Under the pieces are notes generated by a model. That model saw only the letters and a program-made list of their open reading frames with translations, was not told the DNA's origin and ran no database searches. The translations under genes and the position numbers were made by a program. DNA of 64,000 bases, taken from the NCBI RefSeq assembly GCF_009914755.1, contig NC_060927.1; one strand, 5' to 3'. Shown piece after piece: positions 1-14,641 of the stretch. The number at the start of each line of letters is the position of its first letter. The stretch's first letter is position 1. Origin of the DNA: the human T2T-CHM13v2.0 reference genome, Homo sapiens.

Positions 1-1110
1 TGTGAGTGGTCCATACTTTTTTGTTTCTTTGCATACCTCAGGTTTTTTTTGTTGTTGTTGAAAACTGAACATTTTAAATATTAGAATGTGGTAACCCTGG
101 AAATCAAATTTCACCTTTTCCTTAAGATTTGTTGTTGCTGCTTGTTGTAGTTTGTAGCTGTTTGTTATTTAGTTACTTCTCCAAACTACTTTTATAAAGA
201 CTGTACCATTTGTAATGTGTAGTCTCCATTCAGTTAGGTAAGTGGTCAGCTAGTGATTTGATAGAGATTATCTGGAGCCAAAACAAAAACAAAAACAAAA
301 ACAAAACTCTTCCAGTCTTTGCAGATTGGCTCTGTATTGAGACATTCATTCAATGCTTTTAGTCAGGCTGTTCACACCAAGACTAATCTGCATTAGCCTT
401 TACCTTCTACTTTCAAAAAGTCCAGTGGTCAGCCAGAGATGAAAGCTTAGAGTGTTCTCAGGCCTTTTCAAAACATGGTTCCAAACCTGGTATCTATATT
501 CCCTGGTATGCATGTGAGCCTTTCAAAGCCTTATTCTCCCATATACCTCCTTCCCCACCCTCTTTCTTCCCAGGCTTTTTAGCCTACTTATCTGTGCCTC
601 TTCTGTTTCCCCTTGCACCATGAGGCTGTCTGGTATCTTTGTCTTTAAATGCACCTGACAGATGCTTCCCAGGAGGGACTGCTCCAGCCCTGAGAATGTT
701 GCGAGTCAGATAAAACAAAGTCAAGCTCTGAGCTGATCCCTCAGGGAACCTCTAGACAGGCCAGCCCACAGAACCACAATTCCTTGAGAACAAGGTTCAT
801 ATTGTCCCCTCTGCTACTAGCAAGGTGCACCAGGAACAGGGGCTGTCATTCCATGGATGCTACTGAGCAGGGCTTTGAGGGATGGCAGGGGAGTAAGCTT
901 AAAATGCTACAATGCTCTCTTACCAAAATTTAGCAGCATCTTTCTTAATTAAGCATTCCTCTGGTTGTTGCAAGTTTTTTCATTAGATTCCAGAACCTTG
1001 GATAAAGTTGTTTCTGACAGTGTTTGCCAGCTTCATTGTTGATCTAGTCAACGGATGTGGTTTTTGAGTTCCAAAATTAGAGTAACCACCATTTTTGGTG
1101 GCTTCACTCC
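1..1110 (-). mobile_element. Old L1M (L1MC/MD-type) 5' region remnant
   Basis: T-rich decayed sequence resembling antisense L1M 5'UTR/ORF1; subfamily uncertain. Confidence 0.55.
279..307 (+). repeat. (CAAAAA)n microsatellite
   Basis: caaaacaaaaacaaaaacaaaaacaaaac seen directly. Confidence 0.8.
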
Positions 1111-1140
1111 CCTCTTTTTATGAGTTTATTTTTAAATCTT

Positions 1141-1439
1141 TATTTTTATTTATTTTAGAGACAGGGTCTTGCTCTGTCTGCCAGGCTGGAGTGCATTGGT
1201 GTGATCATGGCTCACTATAACCTCGAACTCCTGGGGTCCAGCATTCCTCCCACCTCAGCCTCCCAAGAAACTGGGACCACAGGCATGTGCCACCATGGCT
1301 GGCTAATTTTTTAATTTTTAGTAGAGATGATGTCTTGCTATGTTGTCCAGCCTTGTCTGGAACTCCTGGCCTCAAGTGATCCTCCTGCCTCAGCCTCCCA
1401 AAGTGCTGAGATTACAGGTGTGAGCCACCATGCCCAGCC
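1141..1439 (-). mobile_element. AluJ
   Basis: Full dimer, T-tail at left; gagacagggtcttgct...gagccaccatgcccagcc with J-type positions. Confidence 0.9.
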
Positions 1440-1469
1440 CTCCCTCCTTTATAATTTTTAAAACCTATA

Positions 1470-1880
1470 TTCTTTTCTGTGAATTATTTGTTCACTACCT
1501 TTGTCCATATTTTATTGGGTTATTAACTTTTTCTAATTGATTTGTAGTATTTTACCTAGTGGAGACATTGGCCACTGTTCTATGGCAGGAGTTTCAAATA
1601 TGTTTCTCGGTTTGTCATTTGTCTTTCATCTTTGGTTATGATAGTTTTGGTTTTTTGTGTATGTGTATTTTTTTTGCCACAGAGGGATTTTGGAGGCTGT
1701 TTTCTTTCATGTAGTTGACTTTATCAATCTTTTTCTATTATGACTTCTGGATTTTTTAGTCATAATTGTAAAAAGCCTTCCTGCTCCAAAATTATAGAAT
1801 AATTTCCCCATATTTTCTAGTAGAAACGTTATGGCTTAATTGCCCCACATTTAAACCTTTGATTATTTTGAACTTCTCCC
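1470..1880 (-). mobile_element. L1ME-type ORF2/3' remnant
   Basis: ttctgtgaattatttgttc...tttgtccatatttt typical of antisense old L1. Confidence 0.55.
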
Positions 1881-2054
1881 TGGGTAAGCTATAATTAATA
1901 GATCCAGTCTCCCCCACCCCCTGCTCTGCCCCAGATATGCAGGTTCTTGAGTAAGAGATATTCTTAACAAGTTTGTTCAGCAAGTACTTATCAGTATTAA
2001 TAGCCCCTGAGAAATAATGCTCATCTTGCATTGCTCTTGTTTCAGGATGTCCTG

Positions 2055-2646
<592 letters not shown>

Positions 2647-2759
2647 TCATAGCAGCACTTTCTATTTGGATGGCGCTTATTCCCGTGTAAATACCACAAC
2701 CCTCACAACAACCCGGTACAGTGTTTGGCACATAGTAGGGGCCCAACAAATATTGGTTT

Positions 2760-3585
2760 GAATATTTATTGAATCTCTGTTGAATCTTTACTATTTTTCA
2801 AATGCTACTGTTTTATTCCACTGAACAAAACACACCAAATTCATGAACTCATGGAACTTGCATTCTAGTAGGACAGAGAAGTGCAATAATAAAATTTAAA
2901 AGTAAAAGATATGTTAGATAGCAAGCAATGCTAAGAAGAAAAATAAAACAGGGAAGGGAAAGAGTGTTGGAAGAAGAGGGATGAAATAGGGCACTCAGAA
3001 AATCTCATTAAGAAGGTAACGTTTGGACAGAGCCTTGTGAGAGTGACATAATGGCTCTATGGAGGAACAGCAAAGGCCACTATCCTCCAAGACTAAAGGA
3101 CAAGTGGAGGCCAGTGTGGCTGAAGTGCAGTGAGCAAAGGCAGGAATGCTGGAGAGTAAGAGATGTAAGGAGGATGAAATGCAGGGGGCAGATTCTTGCA
3201 GCCTTGAAGCACATGGCAGGGACTTTGGCTTTTATTCTGTAAAAGGTAGAAAGCCACCGGAGGGTTTTGAAGAGAGTAGTGACATGACGTGAGCTAGGTT
3301 TTAACAGGATCCCTTGGTCTGAGAACAGACTGAAGACAGGCCAGGGAAGAAAACACAGGACCCATTAGGAGGCATTAGCAGGCAGCCAGGCAAGAATGAA
3401 GGAGACTTGGACCACATCCGTGGGGGTGGAGGGGAGGAAAAGTGGTCAGATTGTGGGTCTGTCTTGAGTGTAGAGAGGACAAGCTTGCTGACAAGATTAG
3501 ATGGGATGTGTTCGGTGTGAGAGAAGGGAGTTAAGGATGACACTAAAGCATTTTTTGACCCAATGGATGGGTGAAGGAGTAACTT
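2760..3585 (-). mobile_element. L2 (L2a-like) 3' part
   Basis: aatatttattgaat, ctcatggaacttgcattctagt, gaggccagtgtggctgaag, gactttggcttttattctg. Confidence 0.75.
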
Positions 3586-3678
3586 GTTACTCTCATTTTG
3601 CACTGTGGAAAGAGGCCCAGAGAGGTTAGGGGACCTGTTCAAGGTGGTGCAGCACATTGGCAGCAGGGCCCAGACTAA

Positions 3679-4296
<618 letters not shown>

Positions 4297-5719
4297 TAGT
4301 TCTAAGGTGAATGTCACCACATAAGGGCCAGGCCCTCTTCTGACCCTTGAGACAAAATCAGGGCACTGTCCTTTCCTTCCAGTTTGTGACTGCTTGTTGG
4401 TGTGAATATTTAGAGCACGGGCAGTGCTCACCACTGAATCCTCAGGGCTCTGAAAATACTTGTAGACTGTCACAAGTACCCACTGTGTGCTGGGCATGGA
4501 CCGGGCCCTGGGCACCCAGCATGACTCAGATGCAAACCGGGCCCTAGAGGAGCTCCCAGTGTGGCAGCAACTCCAGCACTGCCAGTGAGGCCGTGAGAGG
4601 ACAGCTCTGGGCACACAAGAGCCTGGGAACATGTGCCTGCTGCCATCTGGGGGTCCGGAGGGCCATCCAGGTTAAATGGGGTTTTGGCAGGTGATTAATG
4701 TTCCTAGAAGAGGCAGTGGCCTGTGCGAAGGGGGACAGGAGAGAAGCACTGCTCAAGGTCCCAGCTGGTTATGGCTGAGGTCTAAAGGGAGTCTTCAGGC
4801 CCATGGAACCCACTCCTGCCTACTCATCGCTGCAGTAGAGTCGTTCCCACCTATCAGGCTTATGTAATCCTCCAAGCATGCAGTCATTCCCAGCAACATT
4901 GGCACAGTTTGAAGGCTGGCCCCAACCCCAGACCAACTGGAGCAAAGGATGGCACATGAGCACATGAGCTGGGTGTCCACATGGTGACTTCCTTCAAGCC
5001 CTGTTTGCCCTCCTGTCTCCTAGAATCCGCTGTCTTTGCCCATTTCCCAATTGCTGCTGCAGAGTTCTGGGTTTCATGTACACCAGGGGTAGGGGTTCTG
5101 CATGGACACCCTCCTCCCAGAAGTGGCCCCTCCCTGACTCTGGCACGTCCACCCTCGGGTCTGTGCTCCAGACCTTCTGAGCAGACACCAGTAGCCCTTT
5201 GACCATCTCAGTCCAAGAGTGTAGACTCAGCCACAAGCCTTTTCACTTGTCCCATACAGCAAAGCCATGTTTGTTTTCCAGAGCCAACCTCCAATTTAGT
5301 TCAATCCAGTGAGCATGTATTGAGTTAATTCTGTGTGTCCGTCCATGTAGAGACAGATAAAATCCCTGCCCACGGGGGAACTTAGAGTTGATTTTAGCTT
5401 ATTATGGGGCTAGTCGTTGTTCGCTAACAGTTGTCCCTAAGCAATTGGAGTGCTCAGGTGGCCAAGCCCAGCCATGAACAGTGTGAGTGAGGACAGGGCG
5501 TGGCCTGAGGCAGTTGAAGTTCATAAAGGAGTGGGCAGCAGGCCTGGAGGACAGACTTGGAAGCAGGTGTCAGATTAGGGTGTCTTTGGTGAATGCAGAA
5601 ATGTTCCCAGACTTTCTCTTTCCCTGACAGCTAGAACACTGGGTGTGGTTCTGAGTTTCATATTGTAGACTGAAAGGATAGCTGGAGGCACCTGGAAATA
5701 AGGCAGATAAAATGGGAAG

Positions 5720-6130
5720 ACAGCACATTGGCTGTATTAATAGATCTGAGGCATCCAGAAAGAAGGAGGGGAGAGAGGCCAGCTTTCCTCTGAATTGCCC
5801 ACACCCTACCTTGAGGTGTGGGTTCAGTTCAGGTCCTCTCCCTGGATATAGTGACTGGGAGGGTCCTGAGGGGCTTGCCAGGAGTGGGTAGGGAGTGGGG
5901 GAATTCTTTATGCTGTGTAAAGTAGACTCAAAAGCCTGGAAACGGGTCCACCTAAGAACACAGTTCCCATCTTCAAACCTCTGCAGTGCTACCTCCAGGG
6001 CAAGGGAGCAGTCACATTCTGTGGACCCCAGAGAGCCAGGCTAGTGGGAGTCACATGTGGGGCAGCCATCTCGGAAATGGCCTTCTCCCCTAGCGGGCTC
6101 TAATCAGATCCAGGGACATCCTCAAGGGAC
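5720..6130 (+). mobile_element. L3/CR1 remnant
   Basis: ttggctgtattaatagatctgaggcatccaga...tgtgggttcagttcagg resembles the CR1 3' ORF2 consensus. Confidence 0.5.
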
Positions 6131-6305
6131 AGTCATGGGAGGTGTGCATGCAGGCCCAAGGGCCCCTGGAGCAGGAGGAGTTGGGGAGAGGGAGTTGTAC
6201 AGGGCTCCAGGACTCAGGGGGAACCAGGCCTAGCCGAGAATATGGCAATCCAGGTACATCTTATTGGCATGGGGGTGACCAGTTCTCATATTTCTCTCCT
6301 GGTAG

Positions 6306-6551
<246 letters not shown>

Positions 6552-7009
6552 TGAGGCCCAGAGAGCAGGAAGACTGACCAAGAGTCACCCAGCACACAGA
6601 GCTGGGGCTGAAGCCCAGGACCCTATGTGTCCCCCATCCCAGGAGACTGCAGGGACAGGTGACATTCAACCTAGCAAATCAAATTCCCTTCATCTGTTTG
6701 TTTTTAAATGGCTTTATCCTAAAAACAGTGTACTGTAAATACTTGCACATGTTCTTTATGGAAAGCTTAGAAAATATAATTTAGAAAATAATGACATCAT
6801 CAGATCACTCAGAGAGTCTCATTTGCTCACCCCACAGATATGTACCTGGCACCTGCAAGGGCCACCACATGCTAACATTTTGGTGTCTGACCTTTGCAGT
6901 CCTTTTCTGCATATATTCTTTGCAATTCTTCTTTTTAAATTAAAATACCATGAGCATTTCCCCATGTCCTTATTTAGTTTGTAACACCTGATTTTTAACT
7001 ACTGTGTAA

Positions 7010-7287
<278 letters not shown>

Positions 7288-7847
7288 AAGAGTCTGTCAT
7301 TTTATCTATTTGTGCTGTTTTTGTTGACATTTAAGTTATTTGTATTTTTTTGCCATAACAAATAATGCCGTCATGAATATTTTTGCACAGAAATATTTGG
7401 GTAGGTGTCTACTTGTTGGGGACTGACCTATGGGGGTGGGAGCCCTGCCCTCAAGGGTTTCCCATTCCATGGGATAAGCTGAAACGTACATACACAGCAG
7501 GAGAACACATTTCTGGCCCCAGGGCTCTGTGGGGTTGTATGTGAAGTGCATTTGAGCTGGGTGGCCAAGCAGGCAGAAGGGAAGGAGTGCTGCCCTCCTC
7601 AGGTTGCCCAGGGAGATATGGCTGAGCCAAACCCCTGACCAGGCCCCCAGATCATAGGGCAACCCCACCGTCCCAGCCTGGGCAGGGGCTGGACTCAGCC
7701 ATACCTCCCTGGGCAACTCAGGGAGGGCAGCACTCCTTCCCCAGCCACCCCAGGCCTGCCTCACGGCGTAAGCTCTGAGAGGCCTGTGGCGCTGTTCTAG
7801 TGAAATTCCAAACTTGCCTGTCTTATCAGTGGACACTGCTGTGCTGA

Positions 7848-8030
<183 letters not shown>

Positions 8031-8480
8031 TAAAACAGGAAACACGCAGGATGAGGGATGGGCCTGGGGAGGTATGGAGGGCAGAAAGGAGACTTGGGCT
8101 GTGAAAGGGGAACTGAGGGGAGCAGGCGGGGCTGAAGGGATGGAGTGGGGAGGGGGGCTGGAGGTGGGAAGCCTCCACCTGTGGCACACACATGGCAAAA
8201 ACTGCGGCAGGAGGACTTTGCAGGTGGGCAGGGGAGAGATGGGAGCAGGTGCAGAGTGGGAGGGGGTGTGTGAGCAAAGCCATGTTGTGGGTTTCTTTGG
8301 GACACAAGTTTGGAAAAAGAGCCCCCTTGGGGAAAGAGGGACATGGGAATGCTTGCACAGTCCCTGTTTCTGTTGGAATATTCTAGACAGGTTTGGTGGG
8401 CAGGAGCTCTGGCTACACCCCCTCTCTGTCCCACCACACCCTACCACCACCTCATGTGCAAGCTGGGCTCTGCTTCTGCT

Positions 8481-8609
8481 TTGTTTTTTTGTTTGTTTGT
8501 TTTGAGACAGGGTATCACTCTGTTGGCCAGGCTGGAGTACAGTGACGCGATCATAGCTCACTGCATCCTTGAATGGCTGGGCTCAAGTGATCCTCCTGCC
8601 TCAGCCTCC
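8481..8609 (-). mobile_element. AluJ right-arm fragment
   Basis: (TTTG)n tail + gagacagggtatcactctg...cctcagcctccc. Confidence 0.85.
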
Positions 8610-8929
8610 CCACACAGACAAAGGCCATTCATGAAGTGATCCCAGGCCCCTGTAGCAGGAAATGCTGGCTTAAGTCTGCCTCTGGGCTTCTGAGCTTGGG
8701 CTTTTCAACCAGGTGATGCCAACTTGTTGAGCACCTCCTGGGCCCAGCTCTCGTGAGATGATCTTCTTGAGCCGAGAGACCTAGCTTTGAGTGGCTCAAG
8801 AAGAATACATCCTAGTCCAGGAAGGAGCCTGCGCTGCATGAAGCGCCTGAAGACTGCTTTAGGGGAACATGAGCAGATTTGAGAATGCCTGGGCAGCACG
8901 GTGCAGTGAGACACTTGCAGGATGAGGTT

Positions 8930-9125
8930 GGAGCCCCTGCTCCACTCTACTGGCTGGGTGACTGTGGTGAATCAGTTTACCTCCCTAATCCTCTGTTTCC
9001 TCACCTTCAAAATGAGGAAATAATGCCCACCTTGAGAGGCTGTGAGGATCTCATGAAAGTGTGTTCGTTAAAGAGCTTTGTGAACTGTGAAGCAAATGAT
9101 GGGGCATGTGGAAAGTGTTATTTAT
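8930..9125 (+). mobile_element. MIR
   Basis: cctctgtttcctcaccttcaaaatgagg...gtgaggatc...gctttgtgaactgtgaagc. Confidence 0.7.
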
Positions 9126-9665
9126 ATGCAGACCTGGGGTATGCAGCCCTAAGTCCTGTGACTGCACCCCCACAGCACCGAGTCTGGGTACCCCCTACTC
9201 CCACACAGGACCCTCAGTTTTCTAGGAGTCTTATGCCCTTCTCACTGCAGTAAGCTGAGTCTGGGCCTTGTCCGAGTGGGGCAACCCACTTCTGGAGGAA
9301 CTGAAGAGGTCATGCCAAGTGACCCCCACAACTCAGAGCACTCAGCGGGGAAGGCAGGCCCAGGAGGAGCCTGTGGATGGTAAGGAGGAGCAGATGCTGA
9401 AAGGTGCAGACAGAAAAGTCACTGAGACCCCACTGCCTGAGACTTCAAGAGGGAGAGGGCTTGGTGGTCCTTGAAGACCAGTCACCAACAATCCCAGGGA
9501 GAAAGACAGAGGCACCAAGGGCAGGACAGGACAGGGGGACGCTATTGGGAAGGGCCCAGGCTGAAGATGAGCTGAGGCTGCAGGAAGATGCCAAAGAGGA
9601 CCAGCAAGGGCATTTTCAGAAACATTCAGAAGAAGGCTAGCCTGCTATGGTGCATGGGGAGTGAA

Positions 9666-9983
9666 TGTCTTAGCCTGTTGAACATTTATTTCCCACTGTC
9701 TGGAGGCTGGTAAGTCCAAGACCAAGGCGCCAATGGATTTGGTGTCTGGGAAGGGCTGCTTCCTGGTTCATAGATGGCGCCTTCTTGCTGTGTCTTTGCA
9801 TGGCAGAAAGGACAAGGGTCTCTCTGGGGCCTGTTGTATAAGGGCACCAATCCCATTCATGAGGGTCCCACCCTCATGACTGACTGCCTTACCTCCCAAA
9901 AGCTCTGCCTCCCAACACCATCACCTTAGGGATGAGGATTTCAGCATATCAATTTGGGGGGACATAGACGTTCAGACATCACA
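9666..9983 (-). mobile_element. MLT1A-type MaLR solo LTR
   Basis: tgtcttag...ctggaggctggtaagtccaagaccaagg...aatcccattcatgaggg...gttcagacatcaca. Confidence 0.8.
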
Positions 9984-10388
9984 GTGGAGGATGCCAGAAA
10001 GTAGTTACAAAGAGACATATTTTATTTGGCTCTAGATGTCCTCAAAAGGAAGATGCTCTTTAGTAGGAAATGACAGTTTAAGGAGTCCGGCCACCTTTCA
10101 TAGCTGCGTGAACTGTGTAAAACACTCACCCTCTCTGTGCGCCAGCTTCTTTGTAGAGTGAGACTCACTGTATTGGGTTATGGGGATTAGAGGAGTCAGC
10201 ACATGGGAAGTGCTGGCACATAGCTCACGTTTACTGAGATTACTGCCTACCCTTGTTAGTGATATTATTATCATTAAAATGAGCTCTGGTCTCCTAATGT
10301 GTTATATTCAAGGATTCTGAAAGAACTTAGTGGTATGCTTACAACAGTCTTCAACAATTGTTCAGGAATGGTGAGGAAAGAATCAGAA

Positions 10389-10667
10389 AACTAGACACAC
10401 ATACATACACACAAACCAGATACACACATATACAAACTATACGCATACATACAAACTATAAACACATGTAAACCAGACACACATGTACACACATTAGATT
10501 CCTGCACTTACTAGATGCACAAACACACACAAACTAGACACACAGAAGTAGACACAAACTAGACACACATACACATGCATACACTATACACACATATACA
10601 CAAACCAGACACACACAAACTAGATAGAAACATACACACATACATACAAACTAGAAACATGCACACA
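10389..10667 (+). repeat. Degenerate CA-rich repeat punctuated by AAAC(T/C)AGA
   Basis: Seen directly. Confidence 0.85.
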
Positions 10668-10834
10668 AGATGGTCTAGGTTCTTGAAAATGGAAAGAGGC
10701 AGATTCGTGAAACTATTAACCAGTAGGACTCCTCCTAATCCTAGAATAGCCAAGTGGGTTGATGGTTTAAGAGCACTTAGGTGAAAAAAGGAAATAGAAT
10801 CTTTAATTGAAAGCATTGCCATAGCAGTTGTTCC

Positions 10835-10893
10835 TATAATCCGTATCTGTGAAACAAACCACCCAAGCTTTGTAGGATAAAACAACACAATCG

Positions 10894-10926
<33 letters not shown>

Positions 10927-11382
10927 GTTGTTGTTGTTGTTGTTGTTGTTGTTATTCTCTGTCATGGTCCTGGTGCCAGCTGGGCTCAGCTAAGTGGTTC
11001 TTGTTTGGCAGGAGTGAGAAGGTCTGTCATACAGTTACAGTCAGAAGTTGTCTGGGGCTAAGTCATCTCCAAGGTTTGCGCACTCCCATACCTGGTGGTC
11101 AGTGTGGACTGTCAGCCAGACCACTCAAATGTAGCCTCTCCAAGTGGCCTGGGCTTCCTCACAACATGGTGGCTGGGTTCCAAGAGGGAGCTTCCCAGGA
11201 AAGGGCCAGCGAGAAGCTGTCTTGCCTTTCATGCCTTAGCCTCATAAGTCATGCAGCATTACACATTCCATTGCACTGAAGTCCCTGGGGCCAGCCCATA
11301 TTCAAGGTCGGGGGGAATTAGACACCACCTCTTGATGGGGAAAGAGTGTTGAAGAATTTGTGGACATGTTTGAAAAGCACTC
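10835..11382 (-). mobile_element. MLT1F-type MaLR LTR
   Basis: gctgggctcagct...gggcttcctcacaacatggtggctgggttccaagag...ccacctcttgatggg. Confidence 0.7.
10897..10953 (+). repeat. Compound microsatellite (ATT)10(GTT)9
   Basis: Counted directly. Confidence 0.95.
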
Positions 11383-11469
11383 CATCCACCCCAGTTCCTC
11401 TTCCAGCAGGGTGACTGGTTAGTAGTACAAGACGTGCTGTTGGCCGGCCGCATCACCTGGATTCCAGAA

Positions 11470-12000
11470 GATACTGGGTGAAATCTCACAATGTCCTCAT
11501 GGACAAGGTGGATGCATGTGGTTCAGATGGTAGCTTCTGCAGCCACACCCCAGTGAGTGAGGTTCAGCAGCAGCCTAAAGGGCAGGCCTCTGTGATTGGC
11601 CGGTCCATTTATTTTCTAAATATGCAACCAGGATGAATACATAGAAGGCTTGCTGATCAGTTGTGCCCTTGAGGGAGAAGAGATGGCTGAATCAAGGTCT
11701 CAGCAGGCTCAGTTGCTACGGGATGGTTTGGGGGAAAGAATAAATGTTCACCTTTAGATTTGGAAGGCTGATGGTCAGAGGCCATGGAAGGGGTAGCGTG
11801 AGGGACCATTATGCTGGAAACAGTCTCTGAAATCAGAAGAATCCATGCCTAGAGCAAGGGAGTCTGCAGTGCCAGGAGCTGACATTGTTTTCTATGTCCT
11901 CCGTTTACTGAGGGATGTTGGCCAACAGCTTTGCATCTAGAGTGCTAGGAGAGGGAGGCCCTCACTGTTGCTTGGTGGGAATCATGTCTTCCTTACCCAG
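11470..12000 (+). mobile_element. L3/CR1 RT-region remnant
   Basis: atgtcctcatggacaagg...gatgaatacatagaaggcttgctgatcag resembles CR1 ORF2; very decayed. Confidence 0.45.
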
Positions 12001-13315
12001 AGTAGACTTGGCTTTGCACAAGTGTTGGGGGGGAGTCCAGGAAATCCTTCTGTGGAGGTGAGGAGGTGGAGAGAAAAGCAATAGGTGAGCAGAGCAGGTG
12101 CAGGGAAGCTGGGCTGGAAGCCAGGTCCAGTCAGGTTGGGGTGGTCACCAGGCTGGGGGCACTTCAGCCTTCTCTTTCCTCAGAGGAGCTGGCCACAGAA
12201 AGAGTTCTCAATGTGGGCCTGGAATCTGTGAAGCCGCCATGGAGAGGCAAGGGCCAGGAGCAGGAAGAGGAACCCACAAAGGAGCCGGACCATAGGTGCT
12301 GGGGAAGAAAGGGTCCCCACGGGGGCCTCATGAGCTCCAGCAGGGGCTGGGGCAAGCTGTCACCTGGCAGGTAGATTGCCTTCTGACAAACAGAGCAGAA
12401 GGGTGAGGGCCTGCCAGGCCAAAAACAACTGGGGGAGTCTGCAGGGCCTCTGGGAGTGGCGGGCCCAGTGGGCTGCACCAAGATAAGGCCACAGAAGGCT
12501 CCAAGCTTGGGAAACAGCAGCCCAGCTCGGGGCCAGGACTGATCAGAGACCAGAGCTGTGTGAGGCTTGGAGCCTCCCTGTCCCCCACTCAGCCTGTGCC
12601 TTTTCTCCTTTCTTGTGTGGCAGATAGTGATCCCCTCCCCAGGGCAGCCCTGTGCGGGGCGCTGGGTCACATCTGGCTCAGCCCCTGTCCTTGCCAGACT
12701 CTTCCCAACTGGGCACCAGCACAATAGGGACCGGAGAGGCCAAGAGCTCATCCTCACTCCCGAAAGCTTCCAGGCCCCCAGATGGAGGGGACTGAGGGAG
12801 CTCTGACACCTGGTAGGGCTCAGGAGGCTGGAGCTGCCAGGAAAGCTTTCAAGCAGCCAGCAGTAGCCAGGCTGGGAAGAACAGCCCAGAACACATGCAG
12901 AGCTCGTGAGTCTGCACCATGTCCACCTGCACACGACAGTCACTGCTATCCCCCTGCCTCCGTCATCACCCTCAGGGGCAGCCGGCGAGGGGGAGGGGGG
13001 TCACACACTAGTCACTATTTGCAGGCCCCTATCTGTGCCAGTGAGCAGAGGTGCTGCCCGGCTGCACTCATACAGCAGTGGGGACGAGGTACACAAGAGA
13101 CCAGGACTGGACTTGTGACAGTGGTGACGGGGCGTGAAGGGCCCACCAGGCAGGGAGGGCAGTTGGCCCTCTTAGCTCAGCCTGCCAGCACCCAGGATGC
13201 AGAGAGTGGGTAGGTGAAGAGGTGGGGCGCCAGGGTAGCTGGAAGCCAAGTGCAGCCGGCCTGACCCCCAGCCAGGGCGGCTGTCCCCTTCCTGAGTGTG
13301 GCCAGAGCTGTGGGA

Positions 13316-13368
13316 GGCTTTGAGGAGCGTGGCCAGGCGGCTTTGAGGAGCGTGGCCAGGCAGCTTTG
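13316..13368 (+). repeat. 23-bp tandem repeat x2.3 (GGCTTTGAGGAGCGTGGCCAGGC)
   Basis: Seen directly. Confidence 0.9.
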
Positions 13369-13876
13369 TCAGGACGACGGCTCCGACTCACTGTGGAAGA
13401 TGTCTTGGAGCACAGGAGACCAGCGAGGGCCGGAAGCCTCTGCTTTGTCCCTCCATTGTCACATCCTCCTGCTGGGACCTCTCGGAAAGGCCATTCTCCA
13501 TCTACCTAGGACTGGAGCTAACTGGCCAACTGTCTGCCTCGCCTGCTAGCCTGTTAGGTCCCCAGGATGGGAATGTGCCAGACCTGGTGTCCTGGAGCCC
13601 TCACAAGTGTCTGGGGTGGAGGCGCCTGGCAGTGCCCCTTTGTGGTGCTGCCCTTGGGCCTAGCATGGGGTGGTAGGGAGAGGAGAGTGAAGCCTTGGGC
13701 TCCAACCCCAGCTGCTAGGCAATGTGGGAGTCTGGTGGGTGAGCTTCCTGCAGAAAAGATGACCCCGGGCCCTGAGTGCCCATATTAGAGAAGGGAAAGT
13801 GGAGGCCCAGCCAGGGTAGGGAGGTGCCCTGGAGAGACAGTGTGCCCAGGTGATGCCACAAACCTGGCCTTGCCCT

Positions 13877-14000
13877 TGCTGGGCCTCAGTCCCCTCCCTG
13901 TGGGATGGGGGTGTAGTTCTTTCTGGACCATTCTCAGAGGAGTGAGTTGAGAGGATCAGAAGCTGTCAGAGATGACTGCACCTGTGATGACAAAGTGTTC
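13877..14000 (+). mobile_element. Decayed MIR core leading into the 19-bp array
   Basis: ctgggcctcagtccc...ctgtgggatggggg...gttgagaggatca. Confidence 0.5.
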
Positions 14001-14482
14001 CTTAAACTGTCATGTGCCCTGTGAACTGCAAAGCCCTGTGTAAACTTTAATGCACCCAGTAAGCCACAGAGTACTTTGCAAACTGTCATGAATTCTGTAA
14101 AAGACAAAATCCTTTGTAAATTGCCACATGTCCCCAAAATCACAAAGGGCTTTGGAAGCAGCAATGTGCCCTGTAAACCAGAAAGCATCTTCTACACTGC
14201 TGTGCGCCCTCACGGGCCTGCTCTCCAGAACAGCAGAGCACTCCGTAAGCTACTGTGAGCCCCGTAAAGTGCTCTCTAAACTGTAATGCACCTCCTACCC
14301 TTCAAAGCAGTTTGTAAACCATAAGACACTCTAGAAGGGACAAAGCACGGTATAAACCGTCAAGGGCTCTGTGAAACGCAGACCACACTACCAACTGGAA
14401 TGAGACCTGATAAAGACAGAGCGCTACAGAAACACCAATGTGAGCCTCAAGAGGCTTTGTATCCTGTAACATGCTATCCAGA
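13990..14482 (+). repeat. Degenerate 19-bp minisatellite (~25 units, 38-bp dimeric structure)
   Basis: TAAAC-like anchors every 19 bp from 14003 to 14193 and again from 14277 to 14391. Confidence 0.8.
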
Positions 14483-14641
14483 TGGGAGGGGAAGCTCTTT
14501 ACAGCTGCGCCACTTGGTAGCACCCCTGCCCCTTGCCCACCTCAGAAGAGGCAGGAAGAGACTAGGTGGAGGCAGGAGGGGTAGGCAGGGGAGTGGGGAG
14601 GGCACAGGGTGAGGAGACTGGGTCTCTAGTTGGATCAGCAG
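14464..14641 (+). repeat. 178-bp direct repeat, copy 1 (identical to 15854-16031)
   Basis: Base-by-base comparison shows no mismatch. Confidence 0.97.

Noticed and set aside
12164-12943. 259-aa antisense ORF and a strong sense acceptor at 12623 with a possible donor at 12906
   Set aside because: The ORF has no recognisable domain. The putative exon would put TAG immediately in frame, and nothing in the sequence shows it is used.
13990-14482. CRISPR-like reading of the periodic array
   Set aside because: No conserved repeat with unique spacers, no cas genes, and a mammalian intron context.
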